Counted from the first letter of the stretch, positions 17,640 through 28,395 are shown. The stretch is DNA of 64,000 bases from Candidatus Multivorans sp. (GCA_965224025.1 OZ245033.1:4448001-4512000); one strand, 5' to 3'. The notes: generated by a model not told the origin, from the sequence alone. Made by a program: numbers and translations.

Positions 17640-19179
17640 GTGCGAGGACCAGTGACGATCCGAGTAACGAAGGGCGGCTCTCGGTCCGCTGGAGGCCGAA
17701 CCACGTCAGTCATCGCAATCGTCGGCGTTGTTTTCGGAGCCATTGCCGTTGTGTTGGGTGCCGCCGTTCTCGTCTCCGCCAACGACGCACCTCCGCTGGT
17801 TGTCGCTGCGGTTGCCGCGTTGACCGCGGGCGCGGGGGGATACATGCTGGCGTCGGCAGGAGCGGCATTCCGCCGACGCCGGGCGTTGCGTAGAGACGGT
17901 GACGAGACAGTGAAGCCGACCGGACCGCCCGCCGTTCCACGTCAATCCAAGTCACTGTTGGAGAACCAAGTGCTCGACAAGGCGGTGGCCGAGATCGTTC
18001 CCCTACATGGCCAGGAGCTAGCAGTCGTTGACCTCGGCTACTCCATCAGTCCCCAGTTCGTCGAGGCGCTCAGCCGGCGCACATTGGAGTACGGCAAGCC
18101 GGTCAAGACCGGGCGGTCCCCTGGGAACCGCGTGCCTTCCCATCGCCGGCGCCGGCGCGGCCATCTCTTCGTCCCTGGCTGCCGGCAACGTCTTTCTCGC
18201 CACCGCGAATCCGGCCACGCTGATGCCGTTGGGGCACGGCGTCGGATCCGCGGTCATGGCCGCAACCGGTGGCGGCATTGTGGGGCAGGCGCCCTTCATT
18301 GCCGCCAGCGGCGCCCTGATTCCTGTGGTGGCGCCGATCCTGCTGTTCACTACGTTCTCTTCAATGATGATGTCGGTCCGGTTCGACCGAATTGAAAGAG
18401 CATTGGTTGGCATCTCGGAGACCCTCCACGAGTTGCTGAAGCTCGAGATGTCCGAGGACCTTGCGCGCTTCCTGAGCGCCACTGAACGCCTGAGTGACAT
18501 CCAAGAGGAGTACCGCAATGGTCCCGGCTTCACCGTTGAGATGAAGATGCGACTCGCACTCGTCGAAAGGGATGTGAACATCCTGCGCCACAAACACCAC
18601 ATTCTTGCCACGCACAGAGTCGACGGGGTTCTCGCAGCGAAGCTCTCAGAGACCCAGAAGAGACTCTTCGTCGCGTCGAGCATCGCGGACGCCCAGGTCG
18701 ATCAGCTCCGACTCCTGCTCGCTCTCCAAGACAACCCGGCCGATGCGACAAGGAGCCGCTCCGCCCTCGAGAAGAAGGTGGCGAGGTACGAAGACGACTT
18801 CCGCACCTTGGCGGACAACAGCCCGACAAGGAAGTTCCGCGAAGGGCTGAAGAACTCGCTCGATGACATGGGCTGGTGGAAGAAGAACGTCTTCAAGAAA
18901 GGTGACGCCAAGGCCATCAAGGCTGCCATTGAGGAAATCGAGACTGACGTCGATCTTTCGCCTTGGGCCGAAGAAGCCGACAGCGACACCGGAACCCGAG
19001 CAGATCCGGCCGGGGTCTACTCGATGATCTTCTGGCGAGACGACAGAGGCAAGGGCGAACTCAATGCCTGGTACACGGCCGACTACGAGCTCAAGATTCC
19101 CGAGCTGGCGCCTACTCCGGACAGCACGAGCCAGCACAGCGACTACGACGTTCTCGAATTCCCGCGGGAACAGGAGTGA
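17640..19179 (+). CDS. Hypothetical membrane/coiled-coil protein, frameshifted near 18111
   Basis: The 17640 frame (2 TMs ...GKPVKT) joins the 18028 frame (GGPLGTA...) if one G of GGG at 18111 is removed. Visibly lower GC. Confidence 0.6.
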
Positions 19180-19204
19180 CCGCCGACAGGGGCGGGCAGG
19201 GAAG

Positions 19205-19570
19205 TCAGTGCGCAGGCGTCGGCGGCCCGAACTCCCGCTCCACCGCGGCCCAGAGTCCGTCGATGTCCAATTCGACGCCGGGCACGGCTGGGGATGTCCA
19301 GGATCCGCCAGCCTGCACATGAACTACGAAGCGCTCGCCGTTGTTCACGAGTATCTCGATGGTTCGCGCCGCGGGATCGACGAGCCAGTACTCCCTCACA
19401 CCCGCTTCGGCGTAGCGGTTCAGCTTGAGCAGCCGGTCCATACGCGCCGTGCTGGAAGAGAGCACCTCGACCACCAAGTCCGGAGCGCCCTCGATCCAGT
19501 CCTGGAGAATCTCCCGGCGCTCCGGCGAGACATACAGAACATCGGGCTGCGCCACGGTGTGATCGGCTAG
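19205..19570 (-). pseudogene. Uma2-family endonuclease, 5'-truncated
   Basis: VAQPDVLYV, GAPDLVVEVLSSST and YAEAGVREYWLVDP; no credible N-terminal part. Confidence 0.75.
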
Positions 19571-19673
19571 GTGATGCGGAGCGGCCGGCAACGCCGTACA
19601 AGCAGCCAGATGCCGGCGAGGACGCCGGCGCACCCAGTGGTGTGCGTCCGCCGCAACCGAGTTGGCTACCGCC

Positions 19674-20774
19674 CTAACGACGCCGGTTCTTCTTCGCCTT
19701 CTGCACCGACCTGTAGTACGCGCCCAACCGGCGATCCTCGGCACGACGGGACACCTCGTCGCGCCGCTGTTCGAGGCGTCGCTGTTCTTCCCGGAGGTCG
19801 TTGTAGTTGCGCAGCCGAGCCGGTTCCAGTGAGCCGTCCCGGATCGCGGCCCGGACGGCGCAGCCGGGCTCCTGGCCGTGGTCGCAGTCGCGGAAGCGGC
19901 ATCCGCGCGCCAGTTCCTCGATGTCGTCGAAGGTCTCCTCCAGGCTGCTCTCGTCGTCCGCCCAGAGCTGGAGTTCGCGGATGCCCGGGTTGTCGATCAG
20001 GAGGCCGCCGCCGGGCAGTTGAACCAGGCGCCGATGGGTCGTCGTGTGGCGTCCGCGGTCGTCGCCTTCGCGGACCGGCGCGGTGCGCATCACCTCCTCG
20101 TCGCAAAGGGCGTTGAGAAGGGTCGACTTGCCGGCGCCGGACGAGCCGACCATGGCCACCGTACGGCCGGACGCAAGGTGAGCTGCCAGAGGCTTCAGGT
20201 TCTCGCCAGCCAGCGCGTTGACCGCGACGACGATCGTTCCCGGTGACGCGTCCGCGGCCTGCTCCCGCATCGCTTCCGGATCGTCGACGAGGTCGGCCTT
20301 GGTCAGGACGACGACCGGCTCGGCGCCGCTCTCCGTGGCCATGGCGACGAAGCGCTCGAGGCGCCGCAGGTTGAAGTCGCCGTCGAGGCCCATGACCAGG
20401 AACACGGCGTCCAGGTTCGCGGCCACGACCTGCTCCTCGGTGCGCGCGCCGGCGGCCTTGCGCGAGAGCCGGCTGCGCCGGGCCAGCACGTGGACGATCC
20501 GCGGGTCGACGCCCATAGCCGGCGCGGCCTCGACGACGACCCAGTCACCGATGGCCGGGGCGCCCGCTGGTCCGCGCCGGACCCGTTTCAGCAGGCGTGC
20601 GTCGATCTCGCCGTCTGTGGCGACGACCTGGAACACCCCACGCGATATCGAGACCACGCGCGCCGGGAACAGGTGCTCGGGCGCGGACGCTGACTTGAGG
20701 AACCGGCGGTAGGAGTCGGCGAAGTCGGGCGCCCAGCCCCAGGCTTCCAGCCCAGCTTCGTTCACTCCGGCCAC
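19674..20774 (-). CDS. rsgA: Ribosome small subunit-dependent GTPase A
   Basis: IGDWV, VAANLD, LTKADL, GSSGAGKSTLLN, GRHTTT, DNPGIRE and the zinc site CRFRDCDHGQEPGCAV. Confidence 0.95.
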   Translation of the reverse strand: MAGVNEAGLEAWGWAPDFADSYRRFLKSASAPEHLFPARVVSISRGVFQVVATDGEIDARLLKRVRRGPAGAPAIGDWVVVEAAPAMGVDPRIVHVLARRSRLSRKAAGARTEEQVVAANLDAVFLVMGLDGDFNLRRLERFVAMATESGAEPVVVLTKADLVDDPEAMREQAADASPGTIVVAVNALAGENLKPLAAHLASGRTVAMVGSSGAGKSTLLNALCDEEVMRTAPVREGDDRGRHTTTHRRLVQLPGGGLLIDNPGIRELQLWADDESSLEETFDDIEELARGCRFRDCDHGQEPGCAVRAAIRDGSLEPARLRNYNDLREEQRRLEQRRDEVSRRAEDRRLGAYYRSVQKAKKNRRR

Positions 20775-21694
20775 TACGTGATCCGCCGCTTGGGATCGAA
20801 CGTGTCGCGCAGCCAGTCGCCGAGCAGGTTCGACGCCAGGCAGGACGCCATGATCGCCAGGCCCGGCATGGTGATCAGCCACCAGGCGACCTCGATGAAG
20901 TTGCGGCCGTCGGCCAGCATGCCGCCCCAGGACACCTGCGGCGGCTGAATTCCCAGACCGAGGAAGCTCAGGCCCGCCTCGAAGACGATCACGCTGCCGA
21001 ACTGCAGCGTGGCCAGCACCAGGAGCGTGTTCAGGACGTTCGGGGTCAGGTGCCGGATCAGGATCATGGGACTCGAGACTCCCGCCACCTTGGCGACGGT
21101 GATGAAGTCCCGCTCGCGAAGGCTCAGAACCTCGCCGCGCACGATCCGCGCGTACCAGGTCCAGTAGGTCAGAACGATGATCGTGATCACCATCCCCTCG
21201 CCCGGCGGCAGGACGGCGGCGAACAGCATCGCGAGCGGAATGGCCGGAATCGACATCTGGATGTCGATGAGGCGCGAGATCAGCGCATCGGCGACGCCGC
21301 CGAAGTAACCGGCGGAGATGCCCAGCGCCGCCCCCAGGCCGCCGGAGAGCGCGATCGCGTAGGCGGCCACCGTCACCGAGACGCGGGCGCCGGCGATGAT
21401 CCGGCTCAGGATGTCGCGACCCAGCATGTCGGTACCGAGCGGATAGGTGAGGCTGCCGCCTGAGCGCCAGAACGGCGGCGTCATCGACTCGGCGAGTGCG
21501 ATTTCGGAGGCCTCGTGGGGCGCCAGCCACGGTCCGGCCACCGCGCAAAGAAGAACCAGACCGAGCACAGCGCACGAGACGACGGGAACCCTGGTGGCGC
21601 GTCCTCGCGCCGCCAGCGTCACAGTCCGAACGCCCGTCTTAGGGCGGTCGGATGTCATCCGCCGCTGGTGGACGGCGCCAAGCCGATCAGCCAT
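20774..21694 (-). CDS. Peptide/nickel ABC transporter permease (DppC-like)
   Basis: PLGTDMLGRDILSR, ARIVRGEVL, EAGLSFLGLG and SWGGML. Confidence 0.92.
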   Translation of the reverse strand: MADRLGAVHQRRMTSDRPKTGVRTVTLAARGRATRVPVVSCAVLGLVLLCAVAGPWLAPHEASEIALAESMTPPFWRSGGSLTYPLGTDMLGRDILSRIIAGARVSVTVAAYAIALSGGLGAALGISAGYFGGVADALISRLIDIQMSIPAIPLAMLFAAVLPPGEGMVITIIVLTYWTWYARIVRGEVLSLRERDFITVAKVAGVSSPMILIRHLTPNVLNTLLVLATLQFGSVIVFEAGLSFLGLGIQPPQVSWGGMLADGRNFIEVAWWLITMPGLAIMASCLASNLLGDWLRDTFDPKRRIT

Positions 21695-22603
21695 GCCGGA
21701 TCCTCGGGTCGATCAGCCCGTAGCTCAGGTCGACCAGGAGGTTCACGACGACGAAGATGACCGCCGAAAGCAGGACTCCGGCCTGCACGACCGGGAAGTC
21801 GCGGGCGAACACCGCGTCGACCACGGTGCGGCCGACGCCCGGCCAGGCGAACACGACCTCGATCACGAAGGCGCCGCCGAGCATGTTGGCGAAGTAGACG
21901 CCGATCATCGTAGCCAGGGGCACCGCCGCGTTGCGGAGCGCGTAGCGCCAGATCACGGTGCGCTCCGGCAGGCCCATCACCCGTCCCGTGCGGATGTAGT
22001 CGCTGTCGAGGATGTCCAGCATCGACGAGCGCAGCGTGCGGGTCATCGCCGCGACCGGGTACCAGCCGAGGGCGATCGCCGGCAGCACGAGGTGAAGCGG
22101 CCCGCCGCGGCCGAAAGCCGGCAGCCACTGGAGCCGCACTGCCAGGTACAGGATGAGCAGCAGACCGACCCAGAAGCCGGGCATCGCCTGGCCGAGAAGC
22201 GCCAGCACCTTCGCCGCCCTGTCAACCCAGCGGCCACGATAGACGCCGACAAGACGCCCAGGGGCACGGCCAGCAGAAGCGCGAACACGAGCCCCGCGAA
22301 GGCCAGTTCGAGGGTCGCCGGCAGGCGCTCGAGCAGCAGCGGCATCGCCGGCGCCTGCCACTGGTACGACTCGCCGAAGTCGCCGCTGAACGCGTCGCGC
22401 AGGAAGACGAGGAACTGCACCGGCAGCGGGCGGTCGAGCCCCAACGCCTCGCGCATCGCCGCGAAGTCCTCCTCGCTCGCCTCCATCGGCAGCAGGAGGG
22501 CCACCGGATCGCCGGCCAGGCGCTGCGCCACGAAGACAATGAGCAGAGCCCCGAGTACCGCGACCGCTCCCTGCCAGAGCCGGCGGATCAGGTAGGCGCG
22601 CAT
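21687..22603 (-). CDS. Peptide/nickel ABC transporter permease (DppB-like), frameshifted near 22245
   Basis: The N-half (MRAYLIRRL, GLDRPLPVQF, GDFGESY, RLPATLEL) and C-half (MPGFWVG, LVLPAIAL, VFAWPGVG, IDPRIR) lie in different frames. Confidence 0.85.
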
Positions 22604-22616
22604 CGCTCCGACGTCG

Positions 22617-24212
22617 TCAACGAACCGGCGTTTCCCTGCTTGCGGGCTTCGCCAGGCCGATCTCCCGCATCATGCGCCAGTTCGCTTGCGGCCAGGGCAC
22701 AAAGCGCACCGTGTCGCGCCACGCCAGGGTCACGAGCGGCCGGTAGGTCGGAATGCCGCCCGCGACCCGCTCGTGCTTGAGTCGCGCAATCTCCCGAAGC
22801 AGAGCCTCCTTCGCCTCCGGCTCGACGGTCACGCGCAGAGTCTCCACCATCTTGTCCAGATCGGGATCGTCGTGGTACGAGTACCAGCCCCAGCCATCGC
22901 CGTACGAGTGCAGGTGGCCGGACCATGCGTCGGTCGGATCGCCCAACGTGCCGTGACCCCACATCCAGCTCGCGATGCCGTCCATCTCCGGGCGGGCGTC
23001 GCGGCGGCCGAGGTTGATCCAGGCGCCGTACTCGAGCTGGACGATCCGGCAGCGGATGCCCGCCGCCGTCAGGTAGGCGAACATCGCCTCGCCGACCTCC
23101 TTCAGGTACGGCTCGCGCGGCGTGGTCAGGTTGTAGCAGTTCAGGTTGACGCCGCGGCCGTACCCGGCCTGCCGCAACAGCTCGCGCGAGCGATCCGGGT
23201 CGAAAGCGTAAGGCGCGAGCGCGGGGTCGTGCCCCGGCGCGCCCGGCGTCAATTGCGCGGTCCGGATGCCCTGGCCGTGGAGGATGTACTGGACGATCGC
23301 GTCGAAGTCGATCGCGTGGGCCACCGCCCGGCGCACCCGGACATCGGCCAGCGGGCTCCTCGAGTCGAGGGCGTTCAGGGCCAGGAACAGGTTGTTCGCG
23401 GTCGGAAGCGACGCCACCTCCACCCCGGGCATCCGCTCGAAGTCGGCGACCTGGGCTGGAGGCACCGCGTCGATCCAGTCGACGGCGCCGGTCTTGAAGG
23501 CGGCCACCCGGGTCGTGTCCTCGGGGATGATCTTGATCGTCAGGCGGCGGATGCTCGGCAGCGAATCCGGCTTCCAGTAGTCGTCGAACCGCTCCACCAC
23601 GATCTCTTCGCGCAGCTTGCGCGACACGAACTTCCACGGCCCCGTGCCGATCGGATGCGCTTGCACGCCGTCGTTGCCGACTTCCTCGTAGTAGCCCCGC
23701 GGAATCGCCCACAGGTCGAGGTTCAGGGGCAGCAGCGCCGAGTCCGGCAGGCCCTTGAAGACGATCTCCAGTTCGTAGTCGCCCAGCACCCGCACGTCAT
23801 CCACATGCCGCCACCGGCCCGCCTGACGCGAGAGGCTCGGGTCGCGCTGGCGGAGATAGCAGTACCGGAGATCGTGCGCCGTCAGTTCCTCCCCGTTGTG
23901 GAATCGGACGCCGCGCCGCAACTCGACGCCGATGAGCCACACCCCGTCGCGCTCGAACAGCCGCCACGACTCTGCCAGCCAGCTCCGCTGCCTGAGGTCC
24001 GGGCCGGTGGCCAGCAACTGCTCGTAGAACAGCGCCATGAAGTACTGGTCGACGCCGGCCGAGGTCCTCGTCGGATCGATCTGCGTCGGCTCGGCGGCGA
24101 ACGCGACCACGACGTGAGCATCGTCGGCCGCGTCGCCGTTCTGGGCTGCGAGATGCAGGGGCAGCAGGCAGGCGGCCGTCAGACAGGCCGCCGGTACCGC
24201 TCCAGGTCGCAT
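22617..24212 (-). CDS. ABC transporter substrate-binding protein, family 5
   Basis: LAESW, LRRGVRFHNGEELTAHD, PIGTGPWKF and DVRVRRAVAHAID. Confidence 0.93.
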   Translation of the reverse strand: MRPGAVPAACLTAACLLPLHLAAQNGDAADDAHVVVAFAAEPTQIDPTRTSAGVDQYFMALFYEQLLATGPDLRQRSWLAESWRLFERDGVWLIGVELRRGVRFHNGEELTAHDLRYCYLRQRDPSLSRQAGRWRHVDDVRVLGDYELEIVFKGLPDSALLPLNLDLWAIPRGYYEEVGNDGVQAHPIGTGPWKFVSRKLREEIVVERFDDYWKPDSLPSIRRLTIKIIPEDTTRVAAFKTGAVDWIDAVPPAQVADFERMPGVEVASLPTANNLFLALNALDSRSPLADVRVRRAVAHAIDFDAIVQYILHGQGIRTAQLTPGAPGHDPALAPYAFDPDRSRELLRQAGYGRGVNLNCYNLTTPREPYLKEVGEAMFAYLTAAGIRCRIVQLEYGAWINLGRRDARPEMDGIASWMWGHGTLGDPTDAWSGHLHSYGDGWGWYSYHDDPDLDKMVETLRVTVEPEAKEALLREIARLKHERVAGGIPTYRPLVTLAWRDTVRFVPWPQANWRMMREIGLAKPASRETPVR

Positions 24213-24368
24213 GCAGGGAACCTACCCCAAGGGCGACGGTCGCCACACTCAACCGCTGGACAAGGCGTCGAGCACGGAAGAGAATGAGCCCTACAACCTC
24301 TTCGATTCATTTGACTTCGGTCTCGGCGGCGGTGTCCGTCATGCGGTCTGCCGCTGCGCTCCTTCGAC

Positions 24369-25064
24369 GTGCGCTCCCATCGCCATACTCCCTTCGCACG
24401 GTGCCGAATCGCGCTCGTACTCGCCGCCTTGCTGGTCGCACCGGCGACCGCCCAGCTTGTCGAACGAGTGGTCGACGGCGACACGATCATCGTGGAGGGC
24501 ATCGGCAGCGTCCGCCTGATCGGCGTCGACACGCCGGAAACCGTCCACCCGAATCGGCCGGTCGAGTTCTTCGGCAAGGAAGCCAGCGCCTTCACGCAGA
24601 GGATGCTCGAGGGCAAACGCGTCCGGCTCGAGTACGACCAGGAGCGGCAGGACCGGTATGGCCGGACTCTGGCCTACGTCTACCTCCCCGACGGCACGTT
24701 CGCGAACGAGGAGATCATCCGCCGCGGCTACGGCCACGCCTACACCCGCTTCCCCTTCCGCCACCTGGAGCGGTTCCGCCAATTCGAGCTGGAAGCGAGG
24801 ACGAACCGACGCGGCCTGTGGGGGACCGCCGTCGGTGGGAGCGCCGGCAGTTCCGGCAGCACCGGTCGCTCATCGGCTGGAGATTCCCAAGTTGCACCGG
24901 CCGGCGTTCCCAGAACCGTCTACGTCACGAAGACCGGCGCCAAGTACCATCTGGACGGCTGCCGTTTCCTGAGCAAGAGCAGGATCCCGATGCCGCGGGA
25001 CGAGGCTGTGCAACGCTACGAACTGTGCGGCGTCTGCGCCGCGCGGCTGCGGTCGAAACGGTAG
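24369..25064 (+). CDS. Secreted thermonuclease (SNase) with C-terminal Cys/His metal-binding motif, copy 1
   Basis: Signal peptide; VVDGDT, VRLIGVDTPE, DRYGRTLAYV, RGLWG; then YVTKTGAKYH...C...CGVC. Confidence 0.9.
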   Translation: MRSHRHTPFARCRIALVLAALLVAPATAQLVERVVDGDTIIVEGIGSVRLIGVDTPETVHPNRPVEFFGKEASAFTQRMLEGKRVRLEYDQERQDRYGRTLAYVYLPDGTFANEEIIRRGYGHAYTRFPFRHLERFRQFELEARTNRRGLWGTAVGGSAGSSGSTGRSSAGDSQVAPAGVPRTVYVTKTGAKYHLDGCRFLSKSRIPMPRDEAVQRYELCGVCAARLRSKR

Positions 25065-25126
25065 CGAGAACTGGCCCAACCACTTTGAGGCCACTCATGA
25101 GTTGACCCCAACGTGGTACGTTCTGG

Positions 25127-25192
25127 AGTGGCGCAGCTTCCATGTGCCCCTTGCGGGCAGCCCTTGCGACTGCCCGGGGAAGGTGCGCCACT
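25127..25192. repeat. Nested imperfect inverted repeat (long hairpin)
   Basis: Nested stems AGTGGCGCA/TGCGCCACT, CTTCC/GGAAG and CGGGCAG/CTGCCCG. Confidence 0.6.
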
Positions 25193-25338
25193 GCCTTGGT
25201 AGCGGAGTCGGGTCACCACACTGGTGAACGGGGTACGCTCGCAGGCTCCCATCCCGGCTCTCGCGACGAGGCAAACACGCACAGTTCCCGTCTCTCCCGC
25301 TGCCGTCGGCAGACGGGCGCCGCCTACGGCACGTTCGT

Positions 25339-26077
25339 AATCGCGACGAGGCGCGGTTCGCCGATCGACGTGATCGGCGCATCGGACCTCGCCGTGCGGA
25401 ACACCGAGGGCACACGGCAGCGCCTCCTGAACGCTGACCAGGTCGTCTACCTTGCATCAGGCCGCGACGCGGCCCCGCGGCAAGGAGATCGAGCGGGGCT
25501 CGGACCACCTGCCGGATGTCGTCCTGGAGGTGGACTACAGCACCGACGCGAGTCGGCGCAAGCTCGGCATCTACGAGTCCTGGGGCTTCCCGGAGGTCTG
25601 GATCGAAGTGCCGGACGCCAGTTGGAGCTACCGCCCCAAGTCCCGGCGGTCCGGCGTGACGGTTCACTTACTGGAGGGCGGCCGGTACGTCGAGGCGGCG
25701 TCGAGCCGGGCATTCCCCGGCTGGACGGCCGAGGAGATCCACCGGGCGCTCAACGAGTCCGCGGTGTCAGCCACGACCGTCGACGTGCTGCGGCGGGTAG
25801 CCGACGCGCTCGCAGCGGTCGCGGGAACGGGTCCCGACGACGACCCCCTCTTGCACCGGGAGCTGAGAGCCGAGCTGAGAGCCGCGCCGAGGAGCGCCTG
25901 GACATCGTGCGGAGCGCGGTACGCGATGCGTTCGCCGCGCGCGCTCTGGCGATCACGCCAGCTCTGCGGACGTGGCTCGACGAAGTCGACCAGGCCCCGG
26001 ACGCGGCCGCGATCATCCGCCTGGCCTAGGAAAGCCGCGACGCGGACGACTTCGTGCGCCGCGCCCGGTTCCGACCG
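25339..26077 (+). pseudogene. Degenerate Uma2-family endonuclease
   Basis: GSPID...ADQVVYL, then PDVVLEVDYSTD...KLGIYESWGFPEVWIEVP. Frameshifts near 25451 and 25858, a stop at 26027, and no start. Confidence 0.7.
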
Positions 26078-26168
26078 GCACCCGAGACGCCTGAGAGCTT
26101 CGCCGAAACCCCTCTGGTAGCCGAGCCCGAGCCGCCGCTGCAAGCGGGTCGGTGGCGGCGATTCCGGG

Positions 26169-26795
26169 TCAGGACGTAACAGGAAGACCGAAGAGCCGTG
26201 GCTTGAAGTCCGGCTCGTTCACGATGCTGGCGCTGCTGCCCGTCGCGCGGATCACGAGCAGTCCCTTCCGCATCGCGTAGCGAATGGTCCCCTCGTGCGC
26301 CTTCAGGTACGCCACCGCTCCGAACAACCGCCGGGCCCGATAGCCCCGGAACAGCCTGGGAAGTTCGTCCAGCAACTCCACGAAGTCCGCAATGTGCTCG
26401 GGCTTCAGCGTCGTCTTGACCTCCACGGCGACCGCCTCTTCTCCGTTGGCGGCGAACAGGTCCACCTCCCGCAGCTTCGGATCCCGGGACAATCGAATCC
26501 GGGAGGCCACCGCTTCCACCTCCACGTTGCGCTCCTGGAGCAGCCTCACCAGGTCCCCTTCGACGAGCGATTCCATCAGCCGACCCCACTGGCTCGTGAA
26601 CAGATCCTCGGCGCGGCGCAGACTGCGCTCCGTTTTCCGCGCCTCGACCCGCAACTCCTCCATCTGCTTGCGAGCCTTCTTCCGGTACTCCTTCTCCGCC
26701 TTCTCGTTCTCCTTCTGGCGAAGCGCGACCTGGCGAAGAATCTCCCAGATCTCCTCCGGCGTGGCCGGGCGACGTTCGGTTTCCGTAGCGCTCAT
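26169..26795 (-). CDS. DUF3782-like coiled-coil + PD-(D/E)XK nuclease-fold protein, copy 1
   Basis: EEIWEIL coiled coil, QWGRLMESLV, EVDLFAANGEEAVAVEVKTTL, GAVAYL and GLLVIRATGSSA. Confidence 0.8.
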   Translation of the reverse strand: MSATETERRPATPEEIWEILRQVALRQKENEKAEKEYRKKARKQMEELRVEARKTERSLRRAEDLFTSQWGRLMESLVEGDLVRLLQERNVEVEAVASRIRLSRDPKLREVDLFAANGEEAVAVEVKTTLKPEHIADFVELLDELPRLFRGYRARRLFGAVAYLKAHEGTIRYAMRKGLLVIRATGSSASIVNEPDFKPRLFGLPVTS

Positions 26796-27057
26796 GGACA
26801 ACTCCCAGCGTGATTCTAGATTGGGCGGACGCCCGTGCGCCACCGCATCGCCGTCGATCGCGGCGCCAGGGCGCACCTGGTCCCTCTTCTGACATGGACG
26901 GAAAGCCGTGGCGGCACCCGGTATCAGCGCGCGGCCCAGCCTGGACAAGACGCCCGGCCGCCGACAGAATGCACCGGTCCAAACCGTCCAATCTTCTTGA
27001 CTTCGGGCTCGTCGGCGGTGACGCCCTGCATGGATGCCGCCGTTGCGCCCTCGCGAA

Positions 27058-27723
27058 GTGCATCCCTTGCTCCGCCATCCATTCGCCGTCCGCTGCGGAA
27101 TTGCGTTCCTGTTCGGCGTCCTGGCCGCCGCCGCAGTGCCAGGCCAACTGGTGGAGCGAGTCGTCGACGGCGACACGATCATCGTCGAAGGCGTGGGCCG
27201 GGTCCGCCTGATCGGCGTCGACACGCCGGAGACCGTCCACCCGAACCGGCCGGTCGAGTTCTTCGGCAAGGAGGCGAGCGCCTTCACGAAGCGGCTTCTC
27301 GAGGGGAAGCAGGTGCGGCTCGAGTACGACCAGGAGCGGACCGACCGTTACGGCCGCACCCTGGCCTACGTGTACCTGGCCGACGACACATTCGTGAACG
27401 CGGAGATCATCCGCCGCGGCTACGGCCACGCCTACACGCGTTTCCCCTTCCAGCACACGGAAGCGTTCCGCCAGTTCGAGCGAGAGGCCCGGAACAACCG
27501 GAGAGGCCTGTGGGGCGACGCGGTAGGCGGCTCGAACCCACGCGCCTCTGCCTCACCCGAAACACGGCGGTCCGCCGGCGGAACCGGCACGGTCTACGTG
27601 ACCCGCACCGGTCGCAAGTACCACAAGGAAGGCTGCCGCTTCCTGAGCAAGAGCAAGATCCCGATGAAGCGAAACGAAGCAGTGGAACGTTACGAACCCT
27701 GCGGCGTCTGCAAGCCGGACTGA
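27058..27723 (+). CDS. Secreted thermonuclease (SNase), copy 2
   Basis: Core nearly identical to copy 1; GTG 27058 aligns with the copy-1 start. Confidence 0.9.
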   Translation: MHPLLRHPFAVRCGIAFLFGVLAAAAVPGQLVERVVDGDTIIVEGVGRVRLIGVDTPETVHPNRPVEFFGKEASAFTKRLLEGKQVRLEYDQERTDRYGRTLAYVYLADDTFVNAEIIRRGYGHAYTRFPFQHTEAFRQFEREARNNRRGLWGDAVGGSNPRASASPETRRSAGGTGTVYVTRTGRKYHKEGCRFLSKSKIPMKRNEAVERYEPCGVCKPD

Positions 27724-27745
27724 CGCCGGCGGCGGCCCGGCTTCC

Positions 27746-27782
27746 ACACGGGCGGTTGACGCCGGAGCGGCAGTGCCGCGAC
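27746..27782 (+). repeat. 37-bp direct repeat, copy 1
   Basis: ACACGGGCGGTTGACGCCGGAGCGGCAGTGCCGCGAC, 34/37 identical to 29415-29451. Confidence 0.8.
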
Positions 27783-27804
27783 GCGGGGCGCGGACCGACT
27801 CGCC

Positions 27805-28395
27805 TCAGGAGAAGGCGCGGGGTCTGAAGTCCGGGTCGTTCACGATGCTGGCGCTGCTGCCGGTGGCCCGGATCACGAACAGGCCCCGGCGTTCCGCCTG
27901 CCGGACCACCGATTCGTCCGCCTCCAGGTACGCCACGGCCCCGTAGATCCGGTGACCGCCGTATGCCGGCAGCCACTCCCGGAACCGCGCCATCTTCTCC
28001 TCGAAGCGCTTCACGTCGCGCGGTCTCAGCGTCGTCTTGACCTCGACGGCAACCGCCTCCGTACCGTTCGCCGCCAGGATGTCCAACTCGAAATGCTCGC
28101 CGTTCCGACTCGCGGCAACTCTCTGCGTCGTCATCTCCACCGCTATCCCCCGCTGCTGGAGCAGCGGCACGAGATCGCCCTGCACCAGGCTCTCCATCAG
28201 CCGCCCCCACTGCGACGTGAACATGTCTTCCGCCTTCTTCAGCCGCCGGTCCGTCTCCCGCGTCTCCTCCCGGAGCTTCTCCCACTCCCTGCGGGCGGTC
28301 CTCTCGCCTTCCTTCTGGCGCGCCGCTTCCTGGCGGAGAATCTCCCAGATCTCCTCCAGTGTAGCTGGGCGATGTTCAGTCTGCGCGACGCTCAT
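27805..28395 (-). CDS. DUF3782-like coiled-coil + PD-(D/E)XK nuclease-fold protein, copy 2
   Basis: Paralog of 26169..26795: ELDILAANGTEAVAVEVKTTL and IYGAVAYL. Confidence 0.8.
   Translation of the reverse strand: MSVAQTEHRPATLEEIWEILRQEAARQKEGERTARREWEKLREETRETDRRLKKAEDMFTSQWGRLMESLVQGDLVPLLQQRGIAVEMTTQRVAASRNGEHFELDILAANGTEAVAVEVKTTLRPRDVKRFEEKMARFREWLPAYGGHRIYGAVAYLEADESVVRQAERRGLFVIRATGSSASIVNDPDFRPRAFS

Noticed and set aside
25160-25220. Cobalamin riboswitch-like words (ACTG...GGGAAGG...GAGTCGGGTCACC)
   Set aside because: The conserved 5' core (AGGGAA..GGTG..AATCC) is missing and no B12-related gene lies downstream.
25860-25883. 12-bp tandem repeat GAGCTGAGAGCC
   Set aside because: It encodes the common AESR/EGR-type repeat of Uma2-like tails; not CRISPR.
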